A stretch of 44,997 bases of DNA. Origin: a virus. Location: positions 1 to 44,997 of IMG/VR virus record IMGVR_UViG_3300005537_000012; one strand, written 5' to 3'. The translations under genes were made by a program, and so were the position numbers. Below the pieces are notes generated by a model. The model saw only the letters and a list, made by a program, of their open reading frames with translations, was not told the origin of the DNA and did not search any database. Positions 16,753 to 25,228 of the stretch are shown one piece after another; position 1 is the stretch's first letter, and each line of letters begins with the position of its first letter.

Positions 16753-18914
16753 TGGCTAATGGAGACCAGGCAACCGGAACAGTCGACTTCTTGAATGACC
16801 CTGACTTTCAGGGTTTGCCGGCTCAAGAAAAGCATCAAGTGATGTTGTCACTTGACCCGGACTATAAAGCTCTTCCTCCAGGTGAGCAAGCAAAAGCCCT
16901 GAATACTATTCATTATGGGCCTAATGGAACGAAGTTTGAGCAGGAACGTCCGGGAACTGGTGTTAATACTCAAGGTGCTGGTAAAGCCGCCTGGGAATCA
17001 ATTAAAAAAATACCTAGTTCAATTGGAAGTACACTCGACCCGACACAAGGACTTTCTGGTGCTGGTTTAACTTATGCTGGGGTTAATCCAAGAAAAGGAA
17101 CAGTTTCAGAAAGACTTAATGAAATTCCTGCTGTCCAAGCTTATCATGAATTTAGTTCTGCTCATAAAGACCCTCATGCTTATAAAGGTGAAGCACCTGT
17201 TGCCGCTCTTGGTTCTTTTATAGGAGCAAGTGATGAGTCCGCTCGCCGGCATGCAGAACGTGGAGAAGGTGGGGCAATTCTTGGAGAAGCTGCCGTGCCC
17301 GCGGCGTTAGCTGTTGGCAGTGAAGCTTTTCATCAAGTTGCAATGCCAAAGATTAAGGCTGGTCTTGAATCTCGCCGGTTGCGGTTAGGCCCTGAAAACA
17401 TTGAAGCTGGCCTTGATACTCCTGGTGGTAAGCGCGGACAACGAGCTGCTGACATGCAGCGTGATATTCACGTCGCTACCGGCGATCTTGCTGAGATTGG
17501 CCGCGAGACTCCTGGCAAAGTTACACGCATGCTGACTAGGACCAGCAATGCCGAAGCCCTCCACGACCTTGCTGAAAAGATTGATGCTCGCCAGGAGGAC
17601 ATGTGGGAGAAAGGTCATGAGCCTGGAATCCAGCGCCATGCCCAGGCTCCAGTTGACCAGAACAGGATTGTGGCAGCCGGCCAGAGAGAACTTACAGCCG
17701 CGGCGACCCAGGCAAATGCTACTGAAGCAGCGGCTGCTTCCAAATGGCTTGACGAGCAGAACGTGCCGATGACCCTGGAGCATGCCGATAATCTTATCAG
17801 GGAGATTAACGAAGACTTGAAAGGAAAAGGCGCCGAGACCCGTTACGGTCCACTCCAGGTCCGGACACGCCAGGCTGTGGTTAAAGCACTTCGTGCTGAA
17901 GTTGACCGGGTGCTCGGCGATGCTGGTGAAGCTGGAGTCAAAGCTGTTAACCGCCGGTGGGGAGCTCTTGAGAATATTAAGAACCGGTTGCGTGAGAATG
18001 CCGTCAGTGCCGCTCGCAAAGAAAATAAAGAAGGTTTCTTGCCACAGTGGGCTCATACTTATGCATTCCTGCATCCGGATATGGGGTTGTCTATCGGTGT
18101 AGGTATCAATACAGCAAAAGCCCTGGCTCCGTCTCTTCCTGGCCAGACCCTCCGCGGAGTCCGCCAGCTTGGGAAAACCAGTTTAACCGCACCTTATGAA
18201 GCCGTCCCGCCTTCAGGGTGGGGCACACCACCCGCAGGGTTGCTGCCAGCCCCATCCCCGCAATTGCCCCTCCCTGGAGCCGCTGAGGTCAATCATCCAA
18301 CCGGACCAGCTTCACCGGCCGGCCCGATTCCTCCTCAACCTGGTCCGGGTGTGCAGGCGCCTCGCCAGGTTTATCGCGCTCCTGAAACTGGCCAGATGCA
18401 GCGAGGATATCTTGGAGTCAATCCTCCAATTGAAATGGGCCGCACGGCTGAGGGTGGCCCGATGTATGAGCCAGTAACGCCGCCATTTGAAACTCCGCGG
18501 CCGCCGGCCGACCAGCGGAAGGCTATGCTGCCTTATGCCGGTACCGAACGGCGCAGCGCGGCCGCTGTCAGCGGCGCGGACCCGATGCGCATGGCCAGGA
18601 TACAAGTCCTCCGTGACGTCATCGCCGACCCAATGGCTACTAGTCGAGATAAGGTCATAGCCCGGCAGCAACTGGATGATATGCTGGCGAATCCCTTTGA
18701 ACGGACGAATCCTGCTGAAGTCGACGTGAATAAAGCGAAGCAAAAGAATGAGAAAACAAAGACGAAAGAAGAAGCGACTGCGGCTTCGGAGAAACGTAAA
18801 GAAGGGCAGAACAAAAGATTTGAAGAAAAAAGAAAAGTATCTCGTAATAAAAAACTTAAAGATTTAACTCCTGGTGAAGAATTTGTAAGGAAGTTTCCAA
18901 AGGAGAAGAAATGA
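16752..18914 (+). CDS. Putative internal virion / ejection protein (720 aa)
   Basis: TAATG coupling. Large ORF with a Pro-rich segment and a basic C-terminus. Assignment by position. Confidence 0.5.
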   Translation: MANGDQATGTVDFLNDPDFQGLPAQEKHQVMLSLDPDYKALPPGEQAKALNTIHYGPNGTKFEQERPGTGVNTQGAGKAAWESIKKIPSSIGSTLDPTQGLSGAGLTYAGVNPRKGTVSERLNEIPAVQAYHEFSSAHKDPHAYKGEAPVAALGSFIGASDESARRHAERGEGGAILGEAAVPAALAVGSEAFHQVAMPKIKAGLESRRLRLGPENIEAGLDTPGGKRGQRAADMQRDIHVATGDLAEIGRETPGKVTRMLTRTSNAEALHDLAEKIDARQEDMWEKGHEPGIQRHAQAPVDQNRIVAAGQRELTAAATQANATEAAAASKWLDEQNVPMTLEHADNLIREINEDLKGKGAETRYGPLQVRTRQAVVKALRAEVDRVLGDAGEAGVKAVNRRWGALENIKNRLRENAVSAARKENKEGFLPQWAHTYAFLHPDMGLSIGVGINTAKALAPSLPGQTLRGVRQLGKTSLTAPYEAVPPSGWGTPPAGLLPAPSPQLPLPGAAEVNHPTGPASPAGPIPPQPGPGVQAPRQVYRAPETGQMQRGYLGVNPPIEMGRTAEGGPMYEPVTPPFETPRPPADQRKAMLPYAGTERRSAAAVSGADPMRMARIQVLRDVIADPMATSRDKVIARQQLDDMLANPFERTNPAEVDVNKAKQKNEKTKTKEEATAASEKRKEGQNKRFEEKRKVSRNKKLKDLTPGEEFVRKFPKEKK

Positions 18915-19237
18915 TATTCCAAGCCCCCGAGCAAGCTCAAAAAATTCCTGAATGGGTCCATACATTAGCTGAGTGGATTGGAATTGCTCTTATTTTGTGG
19001 GGCTTCAGAACATCGGCTAAGAAAGACACTGAAATTCGTCATGAAGAAAACAAGAAAGCCAACAAACAGATTATTGACAATCAGGCGCAAGTTTTACTTG
19101 ACCTTCAAGTAGAGCGAGATTACCTGCCGCAGCACTGGCATGGAGAATTTGACCAGATAAGATTCGGTGGTCCGGCACGGCCGCTGTCAACAGATGGAAT
19201 TATCAGGAGGCCAGGGAATGGGAAATCGGATAAGTGA
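18911..19237 (+). CDS. Single-TM membrane protein (holin or i-spanin candidate)
   Basis: RBS AAGGAGAAG. TM segment WVHTLAEWIGIALILWGF followed by a charged helical tail. Directly upstream of and overlapping the endolysin gene. Confidence 0.5.
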   Translation: MIFQAPEQAQKIPEWVHTLAEWIGIALILWGFRTSAKKDTEIRHEENKKANKQIIDNQAQVLLDLQVERDYLPQHWHGEFDQIRFGGPARPLSTDGIIRRPGNGKSDK

Positions 19238-19634
19238 ATTAGCCAGTTACATGCAGCCTCTCGCGATGCAGTTACTGGACCAGGCAGGCGCAGCCGGCCT
19301 CGACCCTGTAGTTGAAGATACCGGCCGGACCGCGGATGAGCAAAAACTGAAAGTTTCTTCGGGCGTGAGCTGGACTGTTCATTCAAAGCATCTTCCCCAG
19401 CCTCCGGAACAAAAGAGCGAGGCTATTGACGTAGTTCCTCGGGTTTGTATGGCTTTGAAATACTGGGGATGGAACGGAACCATTAAAACAAGCCACCCGT
19501 ATTGGGGAAAACTCATCACTATCGGCGAGAGCCTGGGTCTTCGTTGCGGTGTATATTTTCCTCATCCAGACCCAGGCCATTTTGAATACATACACCCCCA
19601 ACGAGGGTCAGAGGATGCAGCCAATGTCGCTTAA
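19218..19634 (+). CDS. Endolysin, peptidase M15 (VanY / L-Ala-D-Glu peptidase-like)
   Basis: RBS AGGAGG 19205-19210. Motifs DTGRTADEQ, HSKH...AIDVVP and DPGHFEY match the zinc-ligand H..D..H pattern. Confidence 0.75.
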   Translation: MGNRISELASYMQPLAMQLLDQAGAAGLDPVVEDTGRTADEQKLKVSSGVSWTVHSKHLPQPPEQKSEAIDVVPRVCMALKYWGWNGTIKTSHPYWGKLITIGESLGLRCGVYFPHPDPGHFEYIHPQRGSEDAANVA

Positions 19635-21732
19635 ACTATTCAGATTCGCATTTCTGGGGCTCTTTCTGACGTTATTTTGTCAGGCGCAGGAAGTGCGTTA
19701 CGACGGGGTTGTGCAGCAGCGTAGCGGTCTCCCTGGCCCGGGAGTTACCATCGCAGTTTGCACACAGCCGGCTGTCACAACTACGACTCCCTGTTCCCCC
19801 CTGGCTACGCTCTATACAAATTCAGGCGGAGGCACTGTTTGTTCAGGAACATTGCTCCCGCCGGCGCCTCCAGGTTCCGCTTGTTCTAATCCAATGATTG
19901 CCGATGGATTGGGAAATTATCACTTTTATGCCGCCCCAGGCCAGTACACGTTGCAATTCTATGGGTTTGGGGTAACGCCATATATTATTCAGGATTTTAA
20001 CATTACTTGTTCCGTTGGATTTTCCTGCACCATTACCGGGCCGCTGAACGCCAACGGTGGTATCTCGACGAACAAAGTAAACAACATTGTCTACATTGAT
20101 GGCACAGTAAACACGACCCTTGCAGCCTATCTAGCCGCGCCTTCCGCCAACACTACGGTGGTTGTGCCATCCAATCAGACGATTTCGAGCGACATAATTA
20201 TCAGCGTCGCCGGGTTGAAAATCACCTGCGAGAATGGCGCGACACTCACATACACCACTGCGGGCAGGTTGCAGTTTCAGGGAGACCGAAGCGGCATAGA
20301 AGGATGCAAGCTGATCGGTCCCGGTTCTGGCACTTCGGGGCTTGAGGCCGCGTTGTTTACCGGCACGAATCAATTCTTCAGGCGCAACTACTATGGAGCT
20401 TTTGGAAGTACTGCGGGTAATGGAGATGTGACCGTGAGCGCCGGTGCATCGCATTTCAGCTTCACGGACAACGTCGAATATGCCGCTGATGGGGATTTCT
20501 CCTTCTACGTGAACAACTGCTGCACCGCGAACGCGACAATGACGGACATTCGCGTGGAGAACAACGACATAGGAGAGTTCATCGCCCACGCGACGACTGC
20601 GGGCACGGTCATCAATGGGATTGCCTCCGTAGGAAATCATTTCCATGCGGCGCAAGCCAGCAAAATTGAGTTCTGCGAGGAAATCGGCGTTTTTGGCGGC
20701 TCATCTGTGCTTAACGTCACGAGTATTGGCAACAAGTGCCAATTGACGGCAAGCGGCGGGGATGGCGGATATTCCTTCGCTTCCGTGGTGAACTACACCG
20801 AGAGCGGAGACCAGTTCTACGCGAATGGCTTCCAATACACCATCTGTGGTTCTGAGAACGTCGCTACTCAGTCGGGAAGTCTTACGGGAAATCTTTTCGC
20901 GACTGGTTCTCAGTCCACCGGTGTCTGCGGTATTGATGTGAATCCGAACGGGTCCGGAAATACAGATATTTCCGTGAATTCCAATATAATCGTTGGTTCG
21001 CCGGCGAGCCCGAGCCAAGCCTTCTCCGGGATTTATGTGGGGACTGTCAACGCGCTTTCCTTGAAGAACATCAATGTGAGCGGAAATATCGTGGATATCA
21101 CCGGAGCCACCGGAAAATCTGCTGCTATCTGGGTGCAGGCGAACAACGCCGGGGCAAATGTCAGCAATGTGCATGTCACAGGGAATCTTTTGTATGGTCC
21201 CGGAAATGCCGGAGATAACGGAATCGTGTTTGAGCGCGATACGGGGACGATGGTTCACAACGTGGTCGGGCCGAACCATGTTTTCAACTTCAATACGCCC
21301 TATTCATCGAATGCGAACAGCCCGAGTGCGGGATTCGCCGCAGGAACAGTGGATTCTGTTCAATCCGGGCAAGTCGTCGCCAGCGCCGGAGTTCCCTGCA
21401 CCAATGGCGAGCTGGCCCTCTCCGCTGGCTGGCAATCCACCGGCTCCGCAACTGTCACGGCAGTAGCGGGGAACGGTCAGACTTGCTCTTGGACGATTAC
21501 TACAGGCACTACAACGGCGGCTAATCCCACGGTCACAGATACGCTGACAAATACACTCCCAACGGCCACGACAGTCTGTGAATTGAACATCCATGGTGGA
21601 ACGCACACAGCCGCGGCTGGCGAAGGATTTCAGCAGACCACGCTTTCAGCAACGGCGCCGGTGTTTACCTTCAACGGCACGCCGACCGCAGGCGGCACGA
21701 CTTATTTTGTAACCCGTAGATGCGGGCCATGA
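19615..21732 (+). CDS. Signal-peptide beta-helix protein (CarboxypepD_reg-like domain plus right-handed beta-helix; depolymerase/tailspike-like)
   Basis: An internal ATG of ORF 19549-21732 gives MQPMSLKLFRFAFLGLFLTLFCQA|QE. Also GVVQQRSGLPGPGVTIAV..GNYHFYAAPGQYTLQF, then repetitive N/G/T/V-rich beta-helix-like coils. Confidence 0.65.
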   Translation: MQPMSLKLFRFAFLGLFLTLFCQAQEVRYDGVVQQRSGLPGPGVTIAVCTQPAVTTTTPCSPLATLYTNSGGGTVCSGTLLPPAPPGSACSNPMIADGLGNYHFYAAPGQYTLQFYGFGVTPYIIQDFNITCSVGFSCTITGPLNANGGISTNKVNNIVYIDGTVNTTLAAYLAAPSANTTVVVPSNQTISSDIIISVAGLKITCENGATLTYTTAGRLQFQGDRSGIEGCKLIGPGSGTSGLEAALFTGTNQFFRRNYYGAFGSTAGNGDVTVSAGASHFSFTDNVEYAADGDFSFYVNNCCTANATMTDIRVENNDIGEFIAHATTAGTVINGIASVGNHFHAAQASKIEFCEEIGVFGGSSVLNVTSIGNKCQLTASGGDGGYSFASVVNYTESGDQFYANGFQYTICGSENVATQSGSLTGNLFATGSQSTGVCGIDVNPNGSGNTDISVNSNIIVGSPASPSQAFSGIYVGTVNALSLKNINVSGNIVDITGATGKSAAIWVQANNAGANVSNVHVTGNLLYGPGNAGDNGIVFERDTGTMVHNVVGPNHVFNFNTPYSSNANSPSAGFAAGTVDSVQSGQVVASAGVPCTNGELALSAGWQSTGSATVTAVAGNGQTCSWTITTGTTTAANPTVTDTLTNTLPTATTVCELNIHGGTHTAAAGEGFQQTTLSATAPVFTFNGTPTAGGTTYFVTRRCGP

Positions 21733-21788
21733 CCGACTGCACGGTGGGACACAACTAGATTTGAGTAGTTAATTAAAAGGAGAAACAC

Positions 21789-22514
21789 ATGACAAGTAAC
21801 ATGCATTGGGTATTTCAAATCTTGATGACAATCCTTCACGGTATTAATCTATTTGGAGGAGTTGTGCCGGTGAAATACCAGCCATTTGTGGCCTTTACAA
21901 TGGTTATTGTGCAAGGCGGGCTGGGACTTTATAATCATTACTTCACACCAGCTGGGGCAAGAATTATGACAGCCATATTACTGTTCCTAATTCTATGTTC
22001 TTCTAGTTTCGCGCAAACAAATGTAGCGCCGCCGGTCCAACACTTCAGCTTGTCTGGGTCCATTATCAGTTATATGGGTCCAACCGGTGCTGCTCCCAGC
22101 TCGATTGCCGACGGAAGTTTCAATATAACATCGAGGGTCGCTTTAGGGTACCAGCAAATCACGATTCCTACTATCGCGACAGCCAGGCTTGGGACTATAA
22201 CCTATACTTTACCTCTCAATGCTCTTGCTGGAAAGACTTTGACGAAGAAATTCACTTTCGATGCTAATAAGATTAACGTCACATTTCTTGCTGGCGGCGG
22301 GAAGCTCAACCAGACTACACTTAATAATAACGTAGCCGCGGAGACCGGTGGAGTTTATATCAGTTATCCTATTGGAGGAAATGTAAGCCTCAAACTGGTT
22401 GGTGCCCAATGGCTGCATGGAGGCATTGTCAATGGGTTCCTCGCGACCGGCTTACCAGGAACAACACAGTCGTCAACAGCGGTAATATCATCCGGAATAT
22501 CAGTGAGTTTCTGA
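21789..22514 (+). CDS. Membrane protein: two-TM N-terminal segment fused in frame to a signal-peptide-like segment and a roughly 167-aa beta-barrel-like domain ending in Phe
   Basis: RBS AAGGAGA. TM segments WVFQILMTILHGINLFGGVV and FVAFTMVIVQGGLGLY. Internal ATG at 21966 (MTAILLFLILCSSSFA|QT). Alternating-hydrophobic strands and C-terminal ISSGISVSF. Confidence 0.55.
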   Translation: MTSNMHWVFQILMTILHGINLFGGVVPVKYQPFVAFTMVIVQGGLGLYNHYFTPAGARIMTAILLFLILCSSSFAQTNVAPPVQHFSLSGSIISYMGPTGAAPSSIADGSFNITSRVALGYQQITIPTIATARLGTITYTLPLNALAGKTLTKKFTFDANKINVTFLAGGGKLNQTTLNNNVAAETGGVYISYPIGGNVSLKLVGAQWLHGGIVNGFLATGLPGTTQSSTAVISSGISVSF

Positions 22515-22828
22515 TGTTCGATGCCGGAAGCATCATCACAGCCATCGCTGGCATATTCCAGTCTGTCGCTAACGGAAAACTCGAGCGAGAGATTGGAAAT
22601 GCCCTTGCGAGTACCTTGGCTACAAACCTGATAACCGGGTTATGGAGCCAGGGTTCCCAGAAGTGGCTTCGTAGCGAGGGTGAAGTCTTGAAGGACATGG
22701 CTATGGGGACTTATTTGACTCTTCGCACTCTTGAATCAAAAGGGTTTTTGACCCTTACAGTTCCGCAAGACATGTTGAAAGATGTGAACCGCATGGCGAA
22801 ATTTCAAACGGAAGGAATAAAGAAATGA
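22514..22828 (+). CDS. Hypothetical protein (104 aa)
   Basis: ATG shares its A with the upstream TGA (TGATG); internal start of ORF 22409-22828. Confidence 0.45.
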   Translation: MFDAGSIITAIAGIFQSVANGKLEREIGNALASTLATNLITGLWSQGSQKWLRSEGEVLKDMAMGTYLTLRTLESKGFLTLTVPQDMLKDVNRMAKFQTEGIKK

Positions 22829-23205
22829 CCTACGGCGGCGCGCCGTTAACACCTGAAGAAGTGAAAGTACTTGAAGCTCGTGCTGAAAAGGAAGGTTGGG
22901 TCCACCGGGACCTGGTGGCTCTTGACCAGGCCATGAATGTTGTGTTCTTGAAAGGCCTGCCTGATGAAACGATGTCTAGCCACTTCCAGCGCTTGGCGGA
23001 TTCAGGAAACTGGTTCGGAAAAGCCATGTCAGCGTGGCTGGATGTTATCCAAGCCAGGCATGGCCAGAAGGCTCAAGCCGGTGACTTGGCTCGTGTTGAA
23101 AAAGTTGAAGATACTGAAATGCAATATTTGAATTCTGGAACAGTCGAGAGTTCTACCGATGTTCTCAACGAAGTTCAGCCCGGAACACAAAAATCGGCTG
23201 AATAG
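22825..23205 (+). CDS. Hypothetical protein (126 aa), last gene of the late arm
   Basis: ATGA coupling; ORF-track ORF; followed by the bidirectional terminator. Confidence 0.5.
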   Translation: MTYGGAPLTPEEVKVLEARAEKEGWVHRDLVALDQAMNVVFLKGLPDETMSSHFQRLADSGNWFGKAMSAWLDVIQARHGQKAQAGDLARVEKVEDTEMQYLNSGTVESSTDVLNEVQPGTQKSAE

Positions 23206-23232
23206 GAGAATTGACCACCTCCTCAGATAGGA

Positions 23233-23264
23233 AAAGCCCCCGGCAGTCCGTCTCCGGGGGCTTT
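23233..23264. terminator. Bidirectional intrinsic terminator between the convergent arms
   Basis: Stem aaagcccccgg / ccgggggcttt (11 bp) with a 10-nt loop, flanked by A-run and T-run (gaaaa...aatttt). Confidence 0.75.
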
Positions 23265-23310
23265 AATTTTGAGCCTCAGAAAAGGCCCTTTATTTGTCAG
23301 AGTGACAGCT

Positions 23311-24117
23311 TTACATGCCTCCCGTTCCGTCGCCTGGGTCGGCTTGTTGCAGGTCTTCGACATCGTGGCGGAGCCGCCCATGGCGGTTGAGTTCGGCAAC
23401 AACCTGGTAGCATTCTTTGGCTGCCAAGTAGGCTTTCTCGGAGACCCATCCAGTCGGTTCGATTGTCTGGGCAAACCAGGTATATTTGTCCTTCTTGGCT
23501 TCCACCGACTTCAGCTGATAGATACCGGCGAACATATCGGCTCTGCGAAGTCTGATGAGAGCATTCCAGTCACGGGCAATTTTGAGCCCGCTGGATTTGA
23601 GGGAAAACACGATGATATCTTCCGGGCGGACTTCATCGCCACGGACGACCAGGGAGGCATAATTGTAAAGCTGGGTGCAATCCGGCGGCGCCCCGTCCGG
23701 CTGGAACTGGGAGAGTGGGCACTTGATGCATGTCCCACCTGGCTGGCCGATACCAATCATGTTGTCCGGCGCCTGGCACTTGAGGCCGCCGCCTTCGTCC
23801 GTGTCGCCGAAGAGAATCCTGCTCTTGTAGAAGAGCAGCGGGACGAGTTTTACTTCGCTCCCGTAGATTTCCTTCGTGATAGTGTTGAAGAACTGGCCTT
23901 CTTCAAGGCCTTGGATGTACTTCGGGTCCGACTTCTTGCGCTGCGGCGAGAGGGACTGGCAGAGGCCGAGCCGCGGCAAAGTAGTATCCTGTTGGCTCAT
24001 GTTCTCCAAGCCCGCCCCGGTTGACTGCTGCAAATAGGACGGAAGCTTGCTGAGGCTCTCGTCCTTCGGCTGGTGCTTCTCTATTGCTGTTGACTTCTGT
24101 TGCGGTTTCTGTGCCAT
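23311..24117 (-). CDS. Conserved-looking hypothetical protein with Cys cluster (CQAP..CIKC..C); possible DNA-binding or recombination accessory
   Basis: RBS AAAGGAGAA. Preferred over the antisense + ORF 23269-24024 because of the RBS, the terminator position and operon context. Confidence 0.6.
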   Translation of the reverse strand: MAQKPQQKSTAIEKHQPKDESLSKLPSYLQQSTGAGLENMSQQDTTLPRLGLCQSLSPQRKKSDPKYIQGLEEGQFFNTITKEIYGSEVKLVPLLFYKSRILFGDTDEGGGLKCQAPDNMIGIGQPGGTCIKCPLSQFQPDGAPPDCTQLYNYASLVVRGDEVRPEDIIVFSLKSSGLKIARDWNALIRLRRADMFAGIYQLKSVEAKKDKYTWFAQTIEPTGWVSEKAYLAAKECYQVVAELNRHGRLRHDVEDLQQADPGDGTGGM

Positions 24118-24131
24118 TCGGCTATTCTCCT

Positions 24132-24635
24132 TTATTCGCTATCATCCCCGTTCCCAGGACGGCGTACCCTGGCCTGGGTCTTGAGGAATATCTGCACTCC
24201 TGGCGGTGCTGCTTTGCCTTCTTTGAGCAGGTCGCCGCATAGACCCTTAAGGGTCTGGTAGTGCACGCTGAGGAGCTCGGGCTGCCTGGTCTTTTTAATC
24301 CAGGCAAAGAGCTCGTCCCTGCTTTGCACGCTCGGGTAGATGCCATCGTTCAGATACACGCTGATGCCGCCGCGGAGTTCGACTTTCTCGATTGCTTCAT
24401 CTTCGAACCGGTTGACAAGCATCGCCGAAAGAGCTTCAATCCTCAAGTTCTGGATTTTAAGCTTTTCTTCATACTTATCTTTCAACTCTTTTTCTTTCAC
24501 CAATTGCTTTGCTAGGGCTTGGGTAGATTCCAGGGAGCTGAACAGGTTCCTGGTTGCATCCACTTTTTGCTGATAGTTGCTGTCTGGCTCGAAAGCCGGA
24601 AGCTTCCCTCTGAACTTTGCGTATTGACCTGCCAT
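24132..24635 (-). CDS. Coiled-coil protein, possibly Mu Gam-like dsDNA-end binding (function tentative)
   Basis: RBS AAAGGAG. About 167 aa. An N-terminal coiled coil then ..VELRGGISVYL..PSV..RDELFAWIKK.. resembles the Gam layout from memory. Confidence 0.4.
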   Translation of the reverse strand: MAGQYAKFRGKLPAFEPDSNYQQKVDATRNLFSSLESTQALAKQLVKEKELKDKYEEKLKIQNLRIEALSAMLVNRFEDEAIEKVELRGGISVYLNDGIYPSVQSRDELFAWIKKTRQPELLSVHYQTLKGLCGDLLKEGKAAPPGVQIFLKTQARVRRPGNGDDSE

Positions 24636-24847
24636 TAGATTGCTCCTTTCTTACAAGCCGTACATGTCAAATAATGATAAACGATGAGGTCCCCGGATGG
24701 CGCAAGCGGGTCTCCCATTTCATCAATTAATATGGCATGTCCCTGAGCTTTAAGACCTTGAAGGTGAAGATGAAGTTCATGAGTTCTATTAATTCGCGGC
24801 ACAATAACTGTTCCCGGTTTCTCCATCTTTGTCATTAAATCATTCAT
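24635..24847 (-). CDS. Hypothetical small protein (70 aa)
   Basis: The internal ATG at 24847 has AGAGGA upstream; ORF-track ORF 24635-24871. Confidence 0.45.
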   Translation of the reverse strand: MNDLMTKMEKPGTVIVPRINRTHELHLHLQGLKAQGHAILIDEMGDPLAPSGDLIVYHYLTCTACKKGAI

Positions 24848-24848
24848 G

Positions 24849-25046
24849 TTATCCTCTTCTTGTAAAATCAATCAACCTATGTTCCATATCAATTTTTACT
24901 TGCCTGATAGTAGCAAGTTCAGGTAAGACAAACCTAAGCTTGTCTTCATCAGGAGAACTATAAATCCTGGCGACCATCTGTTCTCCCTCATATACTTCAA
25001 CACAAGGAGTATGGCCATCTTTCAGATGAGTCATTTTCACACTCAT
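24849..25046 (-). CDS. Hypothetical small protein (65 aa)
   Basis: ATGA coupling with the upstream gene. Confidence 0.45.
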   Translation of the reverse strand: MSVKMTHLKDGHTPCVEVYEGEQMVARIYSSPDEDKLRFVLPELATIRQVKIDMEHRLIDFTRRG

Positions 25047-25228
25047 TTTATTCTCGCAAACATTTTTGAGATATACATTCTACTGACCCTAAACTGCCGG
25101 CCGATTTCAGCCTGGCTTAAACCAATTTTCTTCATTCCCTTAATACGGGCATGTTCCCGGTGCCAGAGAGATTTGATATGCCTGGCCAGGTGCCCCGTTT
25201 GTATTTTCATGCCACATTGGCAGGTCAT
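25043..25228 (-). CDS. Zn-finger plus HTH DNA-binding protein (61 aa)
   Basis: RBS GGAGG, TAATG overlap with the SNF2 stop. CQCG...H..H followed by GLSQAEIGRQFRVSRMYISKMF (HTH). Confidence 0.55.
   Translation of the reverse strand: MTCQCGMKIQTGHLARHIKSLWHREHARIKGMKKIGLSQAEIGRQFRVSRMYISKMFARIK

Noticed and set aside
17385-21279. Long minus-strand ORFs inside late genes (17385-18074, 20131-20655, 20701-21279)
   Set aside because: They are antisense to long, well-supported + strand genes in GC-rich stretches. They have no RBS and their translations are Arg/Ser/Gly/His-rich.
21990-22000. Lipobox (LILC) that would make the 21966 product a lipoprotein or o-spanin
   Set aside because: Leu at position -1 does not fit the L-[AS]-[GA]-C consensus. 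An SPase I site (SFA|Q) fits better.
23269-24024. 251-aa + strand ORF overlapping the minus-strand gene 23311-24117
   Set aside because: It begins immediately after the bidirectional terminator and has no RBS. The minus-strand ORF has AAAGGAGAA and fits the operon and terminator geometry. The + ORF is most likely an antisense shadow ORF in a GC-rich gene.
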